A DNA stretch of 64,000 bases from Planctomycetota bacterium (GTDB lineage Bacteria > Planctomycetota > Phycisphaerae > Phycisphaerales > Phycisphaeraceae), in NCBI GenBank assembly GCA_039193915.1, contig JBCCWH010000001.1, positions 7,668 to 71,667 on the forward strand, written 5' to 3'. The notes beneath the pieces were generated by a model that saw only the letters and a program-made list of their open reading frames with translations, made no database searches and was not told the origin of the DNA. This document shows, in pieces, positions 18,577 through 28,514 of this stretch. Within the stretch, counting starts at the first letter, position 1. Each line of letters begins with the position of its first letter. A program made the translations under genes and the position numbers.

Positions 18577-18668
18577 CTTCGTTTCTCCGCGCCTCTCCCG
18601 CGTTGCTGGTTCAAGCCGCGACATTCGATCCACGACATACTTCGCACATCGAACATCGAACTTCGCAC
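18533..18668. repeat. Inverted pair of 7-mer arrays at a pilin gene junction
   Basis: (atgtgcg/atgtccg)x2 at 18533-18560 versus ttcgcac/atcgaac/atcgaac/ttcgcac at 18641-18668. Confidence 0.85.
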
Positions 18669-18673
18669 CTCCC

Positions 18674-19255
18674 CTACCGGTCGGTCACGATCCACGTCAG
18701 GCGCGTGATCGGCTCACGCACGGACTTGTTCGGCGGCTGGTAGAACACATCCACCGTCACCCGCATCACGTCCGTCGAGCCCATCGGCTGCGAAAACGCG
18801 GCGTCGATGTAGTCCGGCAGGACACTCTCAACAGTCACCCGCTGCGTCCAACCATCGAGGTCATCGATCTCTTCACGCAAGGCATTAATCGGCGGGCTGA
18901 ATTCGGTCCCCGCGCCGGCCCCCGAGGTCACGACGCCGGCGAAGTCGTCCAGATCGTCGTACGCCACAACCGAGGACTCGTCGGTCTCGGGGCCGTAGCT
19001 CGTCTCGCCGGTGATCGGGTCGTGCAGCGGCAGCCCGAGTGTCAGCTCGCGCATCTCATTGGCCAGCAGCATCGCGGTCGTCGTCCGCGTGGCCCAGTTG
19101 TTCTTCATGTGGTAAGCCTGCTGCGCCGCAACGATAGCCAGAACCCCCGTGCCCACGATCACCGTCGTCAGCGCCGCCTCGATCAGCGTAAAGCCGGCCG
19201 AGCGACGCAGGCGTCGCGGGGTTCGGGTGCCGGGTTTCGGGTTTCGGGTACGCAT
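18674..19255 (-). CDS. Minor pilin/pseudopilin (PilV-like)
   Basis: RRSAG|FTLIEAALTTVIVGTGVLAIV; YDDLDDF motif. Confidence 0.87.
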   Translation of the reverse strand: MRTRNPKPGTRTPRRLRRSAGFTLIEAALTTVIVGTGVLAIVAAQQAYHMKNNWATRTTTAMLLANEMRELTLGLPLHDPITGETSYGPETDESSVVAYDDLDDFAGVVTSGAGAGTEFSPPINALREEIDDLDGWTQRVTVESVLPDYIDAAFSQPMGSTDVMRVTVDVFYQPPNKSVREPITRLTWIVTDR

Positions 19256-19409
19256 TATTCTTTTTCCAGCCGTGGCCAACTCAACCCTATGATTCAATCG
19301 GCCCTCCAGAGAAACCAATTCACTTCGGTTCAGCCCAACACGGATCATCACAGGCCGCACAGCCGGACCCGGCCTCACCCCGAGACCCGATCCCCCAGAC
19401 CCGGCACCC
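19217..19409. repeat. Inverted pair of 7-mer arrays at the pilC/minor-pilin junction
   Basis: cggggtt/cgggtgc/cgggttt/cgggttt/cgggtac (19217-19251) versus gagaccc/gatcccc/cagaccc/ggcaccc units (19363-19409). Confidence 0.75.
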
Positions 19410-20638
19410 TACTTGACCAGCGTCGACAGCTTGAAGATCGGCAGGATGATCGCCATCGCGATGAAGCCGACGATCGTACCCATACACACAATCATGATGG
19501 GCTCGATCATGCTCGTCACGACCTTGATCGCTTCACGAAGCTGCTTGGCGTAGAAGCTCGACACCTGGTCGAGCACCTCGCCAAGCTTGCCCGACTCTTC
19601 GCCCGCCCCGATCATCTGGATCACGGGCTTGGGCAGCAGCGTCGTCTTCGTCAGCGGCTGAACAATCTTTTTACCCTGCTTGACCGAGCTGTAAACGCCC
19701 CGCCACATCTGCTTGAACATCCGGTTGCCCGTGATCTCGCCGGTAATCGCAAGCGTGTCCAGCATCGGCACACCGGCGTTCACCAGCTCGCCCATCGTCT
19801 GCAGCGAACGGCTGATGTACAACGCGCGGAACATCCGGCTGAAGACCGGCACACGCAGCTTGAGCAGGTCAAACCACCAGCCGCCCGTCTCGGTTTTGGT
19901 CAGCAAAAACAGGAAGCCCAGCTTCACGAGGAAGGCGATCAGCACCGCCCACCACCACTTCACCATAAACGCCGACAGCCCCATCAGGAACACGGTCGGC
20001 CAAGGCAGCGCGGCCTCCTTACCCTCAAACACCGACGCAAAGCGCGGCAGCACGAAGGTCAGCAAAAACACCGTCGCACCGATCGCCAGCGAGGCGATCA
20101 CACTCGGGTAGATCATCGCACCGATGACCATCTGCCGGGTCTCGATCTCCTGGGCGAGGTACGCCGCGATACGGTCGAGCATCTGGCTAAACGAGCCCGA
20201 CATCTCGGACGCGCGGACCATGTTGATGTAGAGCGCGCCGAAGAGCTTGGGGTGTTTCGCAAGCGCCTCGGAGAAGGGCTTGCCCGACTCGACGTCCTGC
20301 TTGATCTGGTAGAGGATCTTCCGGAACTTCGGGTTCTCGGCCTGCTCGGCGATACCCTCCAACGCCTGGCGCAGCGAGATACCCGCGCGGACCATCACGG
20401 CCAACTGCGTCGTGAAACCCAGCACGTCCTTCTGCGAAGGACCCGAGGACACGTTAAGCGCCTTGAGCGTCTCCTTGAACGACCGCGCCCCCCGTGCGCT
20501 CCGCATCGGCGTGAGCTGCAAGACGGTGTTGCCCTGGTTACGCAGCTGCTGCGCAGCGTTGAGCGCGTTCTCGGCGGCGATGGTCCCGACCGAGACCTCG
20601 CCCCCTCCGGTGCGCATCTGGTAGCGATAGGTTGGCAT
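19409..20638 (-). CDS. pilC: Type IV pilus/T2SS inner-membrane platform protein (PilC/GspF)
   Basis: FTTQLAVMVRAGISL, YINMVRASEMSG, AMIYPS, MIGAGEESGKL, SMIEPIMIV..IILPIF. Confidence 0.92.
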   Translation of the reverse strand: MPTYRYQMRTGGGEVSVGTIAAENALNAAQQLRNQGNTVLQLTPMRSARGARSFKETLKALNVSSGPSQKDVLGFTTQLAVMVRAGISLRQALEGIAEQAENPKFRKILYQIKQDVESGKPFSEALAKHPKLFGALYINMVRASEMSGSFSQMLDRIAAYLAQEIETRQMVIGAMIYPSVIASLAIGATVFLLTFVLPRFASVFEGKEAALPWPTVFLMGLSAFMVKWWWAVLIAFLVKLGFLFLLTKTETGGWWFDLLKLRVPVFSRMFRALYISRSLQTMGELVNAGVPMLDTLAITGEITGNRMFKQMWRGVYSSVKQGKKIVQPLTKTTLLPKPVIQMIGAGEESGKLGEVLDQVSSFYAKQLREAIKVVTSMIEPIMIVCMGTIVGFIAMAIILPIFKLSTLVK

Positions 20639-20745
20639 TCCACTCTCCGTTGGCCGGGTCTGCCCCGCCGTTCATTCCTGAATCTGTCGTCATCGATGCC
20701 GTCACGCCACGCAGAGCCGCGACGGGACGCAAGCGGTCAAAACGT

Positions 20746-21801
20746 CTAGGCCGCAAGTGCGCGTTCGAGCTTCTCGGGGTACGCCGCCTGCGCGATCGCG
20801 TCTTCCTTGCTGATCATCCCGTTGAAGAACAGCTCGGCGATCGCGTTGTCCAGGGAGTTCATCCCCAACTGTCGGCTCGTCTCGATCACGTTGGGGATCT
20901 CAAACGCCCGGTCCTCGCGGATCAGGTTCCGAACCGCGGGGGTACACAGCATCACCTCGACCGCGGGCACCATGCCCTTCTGGTCGATGCGTTTGAACAG
21001 CGTCTGCGAGATCACCGCCTGCAGGGTGTTGGCCAGCATGGACCGGATCTGGTTCTGCTGGTCGGCGGGGTACATATCGATGATACGTTCGACCGTATGC
21101 GACGCGTTGACGGTATGCAGCGTGCTGAACACGAGGTGGCCCGTCTCGGCCGCGGTGATCGCGGCGGCGGTCGTCTCGAGGTCACGCATCTCGCCGACGA
21201 GGATGATGTCGGGGTCCTGACGCAGCACGTGGCGCAGGCCCGACGCGAACGAGGGCGTGTCCATCCCCAGCTCGCGCTGCTCGATGACACATTTCTCGGA
21301 TTCGAGCGTGTACTCGACGGGGTCTTCGAGTGTGATGATGTGCTTGCGGTAGCGCTTGTTCATCGCGTCGATCATCGCCGCGAGGGTGGTCGTCTTACCC
21401 GAGCCGGTGTCGCCCGTGACCAGCACGAGCCCGCGGGGCAGGTAGGTCAGCCGGGAGATGACCTCGGGGAGGTTGAGCGCGCCCAGCGGCGGGATTTCTG
21501 TTTTGATCGTACGCAGCGAGATGCCGACGCTGTTACGCTGCATATGCGCGTTGACACGGTAGCGGCCCAGGCCTGGGATCTCGTAGGAGAAGTCGGCGTC
21601 CTTGATCTTGTCGAAGACCTTGATGTGGTCCTCGCCCGCCATCTGCTTGAGGAAACGCATCGCGCCCTCCGGCGTGATGACTGGGAAGTCCAGCGGGGTC
21701 ATGTGTGTGTGGATACGTGCCATTGGCGGGTGGCCCGACACCAGGTGGATGTCGGAGGCGTCCATCTGCGCGGCGGTCTGAAGAATCTGCTGGAGTTCCA
21801 T
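20746..21801 (-). CDS. pilT: Type IV pilus retraction ATPase
   Basis: ASDIHL, GDTGSGKTTTLA, TLEDPVEY, LRQDPDIILVGEMRD, AETGHLVFSTLH, AVRNLIRE. Confidence 0.93.
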   Translation of the reverse strand: MELQQILQTAAQMDASDIHLVSGHPPMARIHTHMTPLDFPVITPEGAMRFLKQMAGEDHIKVFDKIKDADFSYEIPGLGRYRVNAHMQRNSVGISLRTIKTEIPPLGALNLPEVISRLTYLPRGLVLVTGDTGSGKTTTLAAMIDAMNKRYRKHIITLEDPVEYTLESEKCVIEQRELGMDTPSFASGLRHVLRQDPDIILVGEMRDLETTAAAITAAETGHLVFSTLHTVNASHTVERIIDMYPADQQNQIRSMLANTLQAVISQTLFKRIDQKGMVPAVEVMLCTPAVRNLIREDRAFEIPNVIETSRQLGMNSLDNAIAELFFNGMISKEDAIAQAAYPEKLERALAA

Positions 21802-22095
21802 CGGCGGGCTCGCTCGGGGGTGAGATCGATTACCGGCGCTCTGCCGGCCCTCGTCTTATCGTCGCGCCGCGCGGCCGAGATAAGCCCCGCGGCCTAACCA
21901 CCTTCACTACCCACGCCGACGCAGACCCCACGCCCGCCACCAATCGAACAACCCGCACAATCTGTGCAAACCCACCCAAGCACCATGCAAAAACCCGCGG
22001 GCACAACCCACGGGCCTGAGCATTGCTACGTTTTTTCAAGTCCGGAAGCGACCAGCACTACCCACCGCTGTTTTATCGGTGGTTCACTGCGCTGC

Positions 22096-22527
22096 TTAGG
22101 CCGCACCGACAAAAAGCCCGACATCGACGAGCTCGTCGAACTTCACACCGATCTCGTAGCCCTCGATATCTTCATCGAAGTATTCGATCTCGTTGCACCA
22201 GGTGACGACGGCCGAGAGGATGCGTCCCATCGCGCCTTCGGGCTGGAGGACGATCGTGCAGCGTGTGCCCGAGCGCAGGGGTTGGCCGTGGGTAAAGCGT
22301 AGCCCACCGGCGGAGATGTCCTGGGTCCGCACGACGAACGTCCCGGCCGCGTCGCCCAGACGGAGCATGCACCGGCAGGCGTAGTCGCTGCGTTCGTACA
22401 GGCGTCGGCAGTCGGCTTCGCTCTGTAGCGCGGGCTGGCCGCGCTGGACCCGTTCGAGGATCGCCAACCATTGCTGGTCCGAGACCCACAGCCGGGTGCT
22501 GTCGGTCTGCGTCCTGGGCGGCGCCAT
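22096..22527 (-). CDS. PilZ-domain protein (c-di-GMP effector type)
   Basis: RRLYER (RxxxR) and DISAGG (DxSxxG); ends YEIGVKFDELVD. Confidence 0.85.
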   Translation of the reverse strand: MAPPRTQTDSTRLWVSDQQWLAILERVQRGQPALQSEADCRRLYERSDYACRCMLRLGDAAGTFVVRTQDISAGGLRFTHGQPLRSGTRCTIVLQPEGAMGRILSAVVTWCNEIEYFDEDIEGYEIGVKFDELVDVGLFVGAA

Positions 22528-22731
22528 GTCTTCGTCGTACCGGTAAATCAAAGCCGTTCCCTTCGCCCTATAAAAGCGGGGTCTGGGAGGGTGATCGGTA
22601 CGAACTCGGCCGGCGTTAACACAGCGGGCCGGCGTTTTCGGACACACCGAACACCCATACGGGTCGTAAGGGTTAGGCAGACGCGAGTTGCGGCTACGCG
22701 GGCCTCGCAAGCCCGCTCTCCTGCCAGGCAA

Positions 22732-22974
22732 CTAGGCTCTGTCTGAAAACCAAAGGTGGGATGGGCGTCCCGCCCGTCACGAAGCTCAATCGACGGCCGA
22801 GACGGCCATCCCACCGTTTTCGGACAGAGCCTAGGTTGTGTCTGACGGCTCCTCATTGACCTGTATGGTGGCCGGGGTCAGGCGTAGCCTGCCCCCGGAA
22901 TGTGCTGGTGAGTTGTTCCGGGGGTTCGCTGCGCTCAACCCCGGCCACCATGTGAGCCTTCAGACACAACCTAA
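22732..22974. mobile_element. Two tandem MITE/REPIN-like elements sharing a central CTAG
   Basis: ctaggctctgtctgaaaac...gttttcggacagagcctag, then ctaggttgtgtctgacggctc...gagccttcagacacaaccta; each encloses an inverted REP-like doublet. Confidence 0.78.
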
Positions 22975-24506
22975 TCGCCAGGCTCGCGGACCTCGATCGA
23001 ACGGAAGGTAAAGCGTCCGCCGCAGCGCACCGCGATCGCGTTGCCGTGACGTTCCGACGGCGTGTAGTTGTCGCCGACCACGAGGTCTTCGATGCTGCCG
23101 ACCCAGCGGATACAGACATCGCCATCGACGTAGCCGACGATGCTCGCGTAGCCTTCGCGGAGCACGCGGACCTCGATACCGAGCTCGACCACGCGGCCGC
23201 GCGTGAGCATGAAGCCTTTCTCCTGGGTGCGCTCGACACCGTCGATCTGGATGCGGCTGTGGTCCCAGCGTGAGTACTGATAGACCGCCCCATCGCTCTC
23301 GCCCAGCGGCAGGTAGAAGACGATCCCATCCTCCCCACGATCGAAGCGGAACTGGATGCGGAGGTCGTAATTGCCCTCGGGTTGGAATGGGATCACGAAC
23401 CCACTGTTGGCGACGGAGAGTTGCCCGTTGCGGACAGTCGGGGCGTTCAGGATTGCGTGGCGTTCGGGGTCGATCTGCTCGATGACACTGCGCCATTCCC
23501 CACGGGTCAGGCGTTCTGCTGCGGAGCGGATCTCGTCGAGCTGGTTCTGCGCGTCTTCGCGTCGCTTCTCTACCCAGCCAGACAGCGCATCCTCGCGGGG
23601 ATAGGTGTCGAGGAACCGGTCGTAGTACACCGCCGCCTCGCCCAACAGGTACTCGACCATCTCGGGCTCTTGATCCGCCAGGCCGAAGTACCAGTCCGCC
23701 ACACGCAGCGCCTCGGCCGCGTCTGCGGCGTCGGGGCCACCGGCGCCCATCGTCACCGCGTCGATCAGGTCGGGGTCCTGCGTCAGGCCGACCACTTCAG
23801 CGGCGGCGGGCAGGTCCTTGCGGTGCAGCACCAGCAGCATCGTCAACTCGCGGGCCGCGCTGGTGTTTCGGTCGTTAATCTCAAGGGCGCTGGTGAGCGC
23901 GCGGATCCGGCCTTCGATCTGCGCCGCCGCGTTGATCCGCTCCATGCTCGCCGCGAGCGAATCCTCCAAAGGCGACCGCACCGACCGCGCGATCGAGAGC
24001 GCCTCGCGGTACAACCGCTGCGCCGACTCCGCGTTGCCCGCCGCCTCGGCCTCCTCGGCCTGCCGCACCATCAACGCCAGGTATGGCTCGGCGATCTCGG
24101 CGCGCTCGGCCCGGAGGGTCTCGCGGTACGCCTCGGCGTAGTAGCCCAGCAACGCCTCGTCGGTCGCCATCACCGCGTCCGGAAAATCCTTTTGAAGCTG
24201 AACCGCCGCGCCGATCGCGGGCAGATACGCCCCCGTCGACATACCCAACTCGATCGCTGTCTCGTAGATCCGCCGCTGCACCCCCGGCGAGTCGGGCACT
24301 TCCCGGGCTTTCTCGACCATCTCCGCGATCAGCAGTGCGTCGTCCTCCGTGCCACGCGTCCGGCGGACGGCGGTGATCTTGTCGCGGAAAAACGCATCGA
24401 CTACCCCCTGGTCCTCGGGCGTCGTCTCGTCTTGCGCGGCGATCGGCGCGGCATAAAAAAGACCGGCGGCCATCAACGGGATCAATACGAGACGCGGGGT
24501 CGGCAT
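22971..24506 (-). CDS. Exported protein: helical repeats plus C-terminal beta-sandwich; paralog of 25826-27421
   Basis: Signal peptide; YYDRFLDTYPRED, GEWRSVI, YDLRIQF, FYLPLG mirror the paralog. Confidence 0.75.
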   Translation of the reverse strand: MPTPRLVLIPLMAAGLFYAAPIAAQDETTPEDQGVVDAFFRDKITAVRRTRGTEDDALLIAEMVEKAREVPDSPGVQRRIYETAIELGMSTGAYLPAIGAAVQLQKDFPDAVMATDEALLGYYAEAYRETLRAERAEIAEPYLALMVRQAEEAEAAGNAESAQRLYREALSIARSVRSPLEDSLAASMERINAAAQIEGRIRALTSALEINDRNTSAARELTMLLVLHRKDLPAAAEVVGLTQDPDLIDAVTMGAGGPDAADAAEALRVADWYFGLADQEPEMVEYLLGEAAVYYDRFLDTYPREDALSGWVEKRREDAQNQLDEIRSAAERLTRGEWRSVIEQIDPERHAILNAPTVRNGQLSVANSGFVIPFQPEGNYDLRIQFRFDRGEDGIVFYLPLGESDGAVYQYSRWDHSRIQIDGVERTQEKGFMLTRGRVVELGIEVRVLREGYASIVGYVDGDVCIRWVGSIEDLVVGDNYTPSERHGNAIAVRCGGRFTFRSIEVREPGD

Positions 24507-24536
24507 GGGATGGGTTCCTTGCGGTGTCCGTCTATC

Positions 24537-25817
24537 CTACCGCCCCGACGCCCCGGCTTCGACCACATCAATCGCAAGCTCCACGGGGAACATGTACCGC
24601 CGGTCCCCGCGCTCGGCCAGGGTCTTTTCCAGTGTCGCGACGCTCCGCTCGACTTGGCCGTGGAAGACAACCCTGCCATTGCAGACCACGGTGATTTTCT
24701 GGTCGAGGTCGAGCATCGCGTCGTTGAGCCGGAGGTAGACGGTGTCGTAGCCCGTGACGTCGAGTGTGACGGTATTGGCGTCGCGGTCGAGTTCGGAAAT
24801 GATGCGGTCGGGCCCAGTGCCATCGAAAGTTTCGTCCGCGTCGATGGCGAGATAGTAGAACTGGTGCCGGATCGGGTTGCTGGATTCACGGACGTCGCCG
24901 TTCTGCTCCCACACAACGCGCTGCGGGTAGGGGTCGCGGGTGAAGCGAGCGAGCCAGCCGACGGTGGACTTGTCGTTGACGAACCGGCCCTGCCGCCAGT
25001 GCTCGATCTCGCGGAAGGTGTAGCCGCCGCGGTCGGCGTTGTGCAGCGCGTACAGCTCGTCGACGGCGATGCGGTTCAGGCCCGGCCGGTCGATCGTGTC
25101 GGGGTCGGCCTCGCCCCACTGGATGTCGATCGGGCAGTTGCGCAGGTTGGCAAGCGGCGCGCCTTCGTGGATCGCCTTCGTCGCCGACACCGCCGCCCAG
25201 CGGTCGGCCAGGATCGGCCCGAGCTGGTAGACGCCGTTGCCCCCCGAGCAGTAGCCGGTGAGGTAGATGCGGTCGGGGTCGATGTCGTCGCGCAGGAGGA
25301 CCGCACGGACCAGCCGATCGATGAGGCCGAACATGTGCGCCTCGTGCCAGTGGTCCCACGTATCGCGTGCCGAGCGGGGGCAGATGTAGAGCCCGCGCAC
25401 GGCCGGGTAGCGCTGCTGCTGGATCTCCCACTGCTCGTTGTTCTCGCCTGCGGTGAACGCCCCGCCGCCGTGCATTGAGATAAAGACCGGGTAACCGGCG
25501 TCGGGCATGGGGGTGTCTTCGTCCCAGTGGAGTGCGACGTGGACGGGCATCTCGTCGCGAGTAATCTCAGGGGGTTGACCGCTGCCGACAACAAGCCGGA
25601 TGTTTGCGGGAGGCGCTGAAGGGTGGGCATGGATCACGCCGTCTTCAAGCATCGCACCAAGCACGAAAGCCCGATCGCTTGTGCGGTATGTCTCCCACAT
25701 TGTGTCGGCGATCGCCTCGAATCGACGGGCCTCGCAGACACCCGATGGGCCATCGAACGGCGCGGTACATGCGGGGCCAAGCAGGAGTACAGCGATGAGG
25801 CAGAGTGATCGGTACAT
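24537..25817 (-). CDS. Putative lipoprotein alpha/beta hydrolase
   Basis: LLLGPAC lipobox-like; YPVFISMHGGG; IDPDRIYLTGYCSGG. Confidence 0.8.
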   Translation of the reverse strand: MYRSLCLIAVLLLGPACTAPFDGPSGVCEARRFEAIADTMWETYRTSDRAFVLGAMLEDGVIHAHPSAPPANIRLVVGSGQPPEITRDEMPVHVALHWDEDTPMPDAGYPVFISMHGGGAFTAGENNEQWEIQQQRYPAVRGLYICPRSARDTWDHWHEAHMFGLIDRLVRAVLLRDDIDPDRIYLTGYCSGGNGVYQLGPILADRWAAVSATKAIHEGAPLANLRNCPIDIQWGEADPDTIDRPGLNRIAVDELYALHNADRGGYTFREIEHWRQGRFVNDKSTVGWLARFTRDPYPQRVVWEQNGDVRESSNPIRHQFYYLAIDADETFDGTGPDRIISELDRDANTVTLDVTGYDTVYLRLNDAMLDLDQKITVVCNGRVVFHGQVERSVATLEKTLAERGDRRYMFPVELAIDVVEAGASGR

Positions 25818-25825
25818 AGATGATC

Positions 25826-27421
25826 CTAGTCCTCCGCCGCGCGTCGAATCTCGATCTGCGAAAACTCGTAGGTCGTCCCGACATCAACGCGGAAAATGTT
25901 GCCGTGGTGGCGGGGCGGGCGTTGTCGGTTGCCGACGCGTAGCTGGCTGATCGGGCCGGTCCACTCGAAGACATCTGTGCCGTCGAGCGCGAGGGTGAGG
26001 TGGACGTTACCCCGGTCGTCGGGGTGGACCCCGAGTGTCATGCCGACGGCGCGGTCTTCGGGGAAGCGGAAGCGTTCGAGCGCCTGGATCGGGCCCAGCC
26101 CCGCGAATCGGCTGCCAGCCTGACCGCCCTGCCCGCCGTGACCGAGGACCAGCCGCCCGCCGCCGCGCTCGCCGATGGGGAAGTAGATCGTCAGCCCCCG
26201 CCGGTCGTTGGCGTGGGTCAGGGTGATCGCCATGCGGAAGTCGTAGCGGTCGTCGAGCTCGACGGGGATGGTGAACGCGGAGCGGTGGGCGTAGACGGTG
26301 TTGTTGCGCACGCGGAGGTGCTGGCCTTGGACGAGGTTGCCGCCCTGGCCGGTCCGGGGCTCGGCGATGCCCTGTACCAGCGAGCGCCAGCGCCCGGCGG
26401 GACGGCGAAGCGGCTCGGGGCGCAGCGCATCGATGCGGGCGTTGAGCTGCGCAGCCGACTCTGCCGCGGCCAAGCGTGTGACGTCGCGTTGGGTGTAGGC
26501 GAAGAGGAAGTGCTGGTAATAGAACTGCGCCTCCTGCAGCGCGTGGCGCTTGCCCATGTCGAGCTCCAAGGCCGGGTCGTCGGCAAACGCATGGAACATC
26601 TCCGCGACCGCGAGCACCTGCATCGGCTCGATGTCCTGGACGGGCTGGGCCGCAAGCAGGAGCAGCGACACCAGCTCGGGGTCACCCGAAGCGTCGGCCG
26701 CCTGGGTCGCGCCGTCGAAGTCGCTGCGTTCGGCTGCCAGCCGGACCGCAAGCGCGTGCGCAGCTTCGGGGTCACTCTCGGCCCGTCGGCGCAGCTGTTC
26801 GAGGCGGTGCGACGCCCGCGTCAGGTCTGCGAGGGATCGGCCGTAGTCCTCCAAGACCTCGCGGTAAGGCGAACGCCCTGCCCGGGCAACCGTCAGGGCC
26901 TCGCGCTGCGCGGCGAGTGCTTCGCTGATCGCCCACACGCGCTCGTGCGCCCGGGCTTGCTCGATGAGTAAATCGATAAAAGGCTCGACGAGTGGCTCAC
27001 GCTGCGAGCGTGGTACGGACTCGTAGGCCGCGCGGTAGAACGCGATGCGCTGCTCCAGCGAGCACAGCCGATGCCTCGGCTGCGCCTTGGCCAGCCCGAG
27101 CAGGTAGCCCAGCGCCTCCCGCTCACCCCCCCGACGCTGGCCCGCCCGATCGATCAGCCGGACATAGCACGCGGACTGGGCCTCCGGCATCCCGCCCGAC
27201 ACCCGGGCGCACCGCAGCAGCAAGCGGTCGACCCGCGCATCGTCTTCATCATCGCGCGGGGTCGCTGCGGCGTTTTTCGCCATCCCGTCGAAGAAGATGC
27301 CCAGGGCCTGGTCGGCCGCGACTTCCTCGGGGGACAGGCCGTCCTGGGCCGACACCCCGCGCGCGGCGGCGAGCGACGCGAGCAGCACGAGACACACGGG
27401 GGTCAAACGAGTCATCCGCAT
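25826..27421 (-). CDS. Exported protein; paralog of 22971-24506
   Basis: Signal peptide; YYQHFLFAYTQRD, GRWRSLV, YDFRMAI, IYFPIG. Confidence 0.72.
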   Translation of the reverse strand: MRMTRLTPVCLVLLASLAAARGVSAQDGLSPEEVAADQALGIFFDGMAKNAAATPRDDEDDARVDRLLLRCARVSGGMPEAQSACYVRLIDRAGQRRGGEREALGYLLGLAKAQPRHRLCSLEQRIAFYRAAYESVPRSQREPLVEPFIDLLIEQARAHERVWAISEALAAQREALTVARAGRSPYREVLEDYGRSLADLTRASHRLEQLRRRAESDPEAAHALAVRLAAERSDFDGATQAADASGDPELVSLLLLAAQPVQDIEPMQVLAVAEMFHAFADDPALELDMGKRHALQEAQFYYQHFLFAYTQRDVTRLAAAESAAQLNARIDALRPEPLRRPAGRWRSLVQGIAEPRTGQGGNLVQGQHLRVRNNTVYAHRSAFTIPVELDDRYDFRMAITLTHANDRRGLTIYFPIGERGGGRLVLGHGGQGGQAGSRFAGLGPIQALERFRFPEDRAVGMTLGVHPDDRGNVHLTLALDGTDVFEWTGPISQLRVGNRQRPPRHHGNIFRVDVGTTYEFSQIEIRRAAED

Positions 27422-27485
27422 CTTCCTTTGTGATGCCCATACGCCGATGCCAGCCACAGACGAGACGGACGCCCCGATCGCCGCG

Positions 27486-28514
27486 TTACCCCACGCGTTC
27501 GGCTTTGGGGTCGCGTGACATCAGTCGGCTGATCGCCTCCAGCGGGTCGAGCCCTTCAAACAACACCTGGTTGACCTGCTCGCAGATCGGCATCTCGACG
27601 CGGTACTTCTTGGCCAGCGCGACGACCGCGCGGGCGGTCGGGACGCCCTCCACGATGCCGGGGATCTCGGCGAGGACGTCGTCGAGCTTCTTGCCCCGGC
27701 CGAGCATCTCGCCGCAGGTGCGGTTGCGTCCGGTGGGCGAGAAGCACGTCGTCGCCAGGTCGCCGACGCCGGTGAGCCCGAAGAAGGTCTCGCTCGAAGC
27801 GCCCATCGCGAGTCCCAGCCGGGTGATCTCGGCGAGCCCGCGCGAGAGCAGCGCACTCTTAGCGTTGTTGCCGGCCTGCAGCCCGTCGAGGATGCCCGCC
27901 GCGAGCGCGATGCAGTTCTTGGTCGCCCCGGCCAGCTCGACGCCGAGCAGGTCGCTGTTGGTGTAGACCCGGAACCAGTGGGTGGTGAAGGCCTCCTGAA
28001 TCGCCTTGGCGAAATCCGCGTCGTCCGACGCCGCACTGACCGTGGCGGGCAGGCACTTGGCCAGCTCATGCGCGACGGTCGGGCCCGAGATCGACGCCAG
28101 CGGCCTGGCGGGCCGGTCGGGGTCGTCGTGCGCTTTTTGCAGGACATCCGCGATGATCTGGGTCGGCCGAAGCAGCGTCTCCTTCTCCACGCCTTTGGAG
28201 ACCGAAGCGACGCCGACACCGCGTGGGACGAAGGGCGCGAGCCGACCCCAGACGTCGCGGATGAACTGGGTCGGGGTAGCGTTGAGGATCATGTCACAGC
28301 CCTCGAAGCAGGTCGCCCCTTTGGCCGTGAAGCGGATCGGGTCGGGCAGGCGGTAGCCCGGGAGGTAGCGCTTGTTCTCGCGGGTCTGGATGATGTCGGC
28401 GACGTGGTCGGGGTTGTTGCCCCAGACCGTGACCCCGATGCCCTTGGACTCGAGCAGGAGCCCGAGGACGCAGGCCATGGACCCATCTCCGACGATCGCG
28501 ACGTGTTTAGTCAT
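27486..28514 (-). CDS. gpsA: NAD(P)H-dependent glycerol-3-phosphate dehydrogenase
   Basis: RENKRYLPG, SKGVE, GVELAGATKNCIALAAG, GLTGVGDLATTC..RNR, VEMPI. Confidence 0.96.
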   Translation of the reverse strand: MTKHVAIVGDGSMACVLGLLLESKGIGVTVWGNNPDHVADIIQTRENKRYLPGYRLPDPIRFTAKGATCFEGCDMILNATPTQFIRDVWGRLAPFVPRGVGVASVSKGVEKETLLRPTQIIADVLQKAHDDPDRPARPLASISGPTVAHELAKCLPATVSAASDDADFAKAIQEAFTTHWFRVYTNSDLLGVELAGATKNCIALAAGILDGLQAGNNAKSALLSRGLAEITRLGLAMGASSETFFGLTGVGDLATTCFSPTGRNRTCGEMLGRGKKLDDVLAEIPGIVEGVPTARAVVALAKKYRVEMPICEQVNQVLFEGLDPLEAISRLMSRDPKAERVG

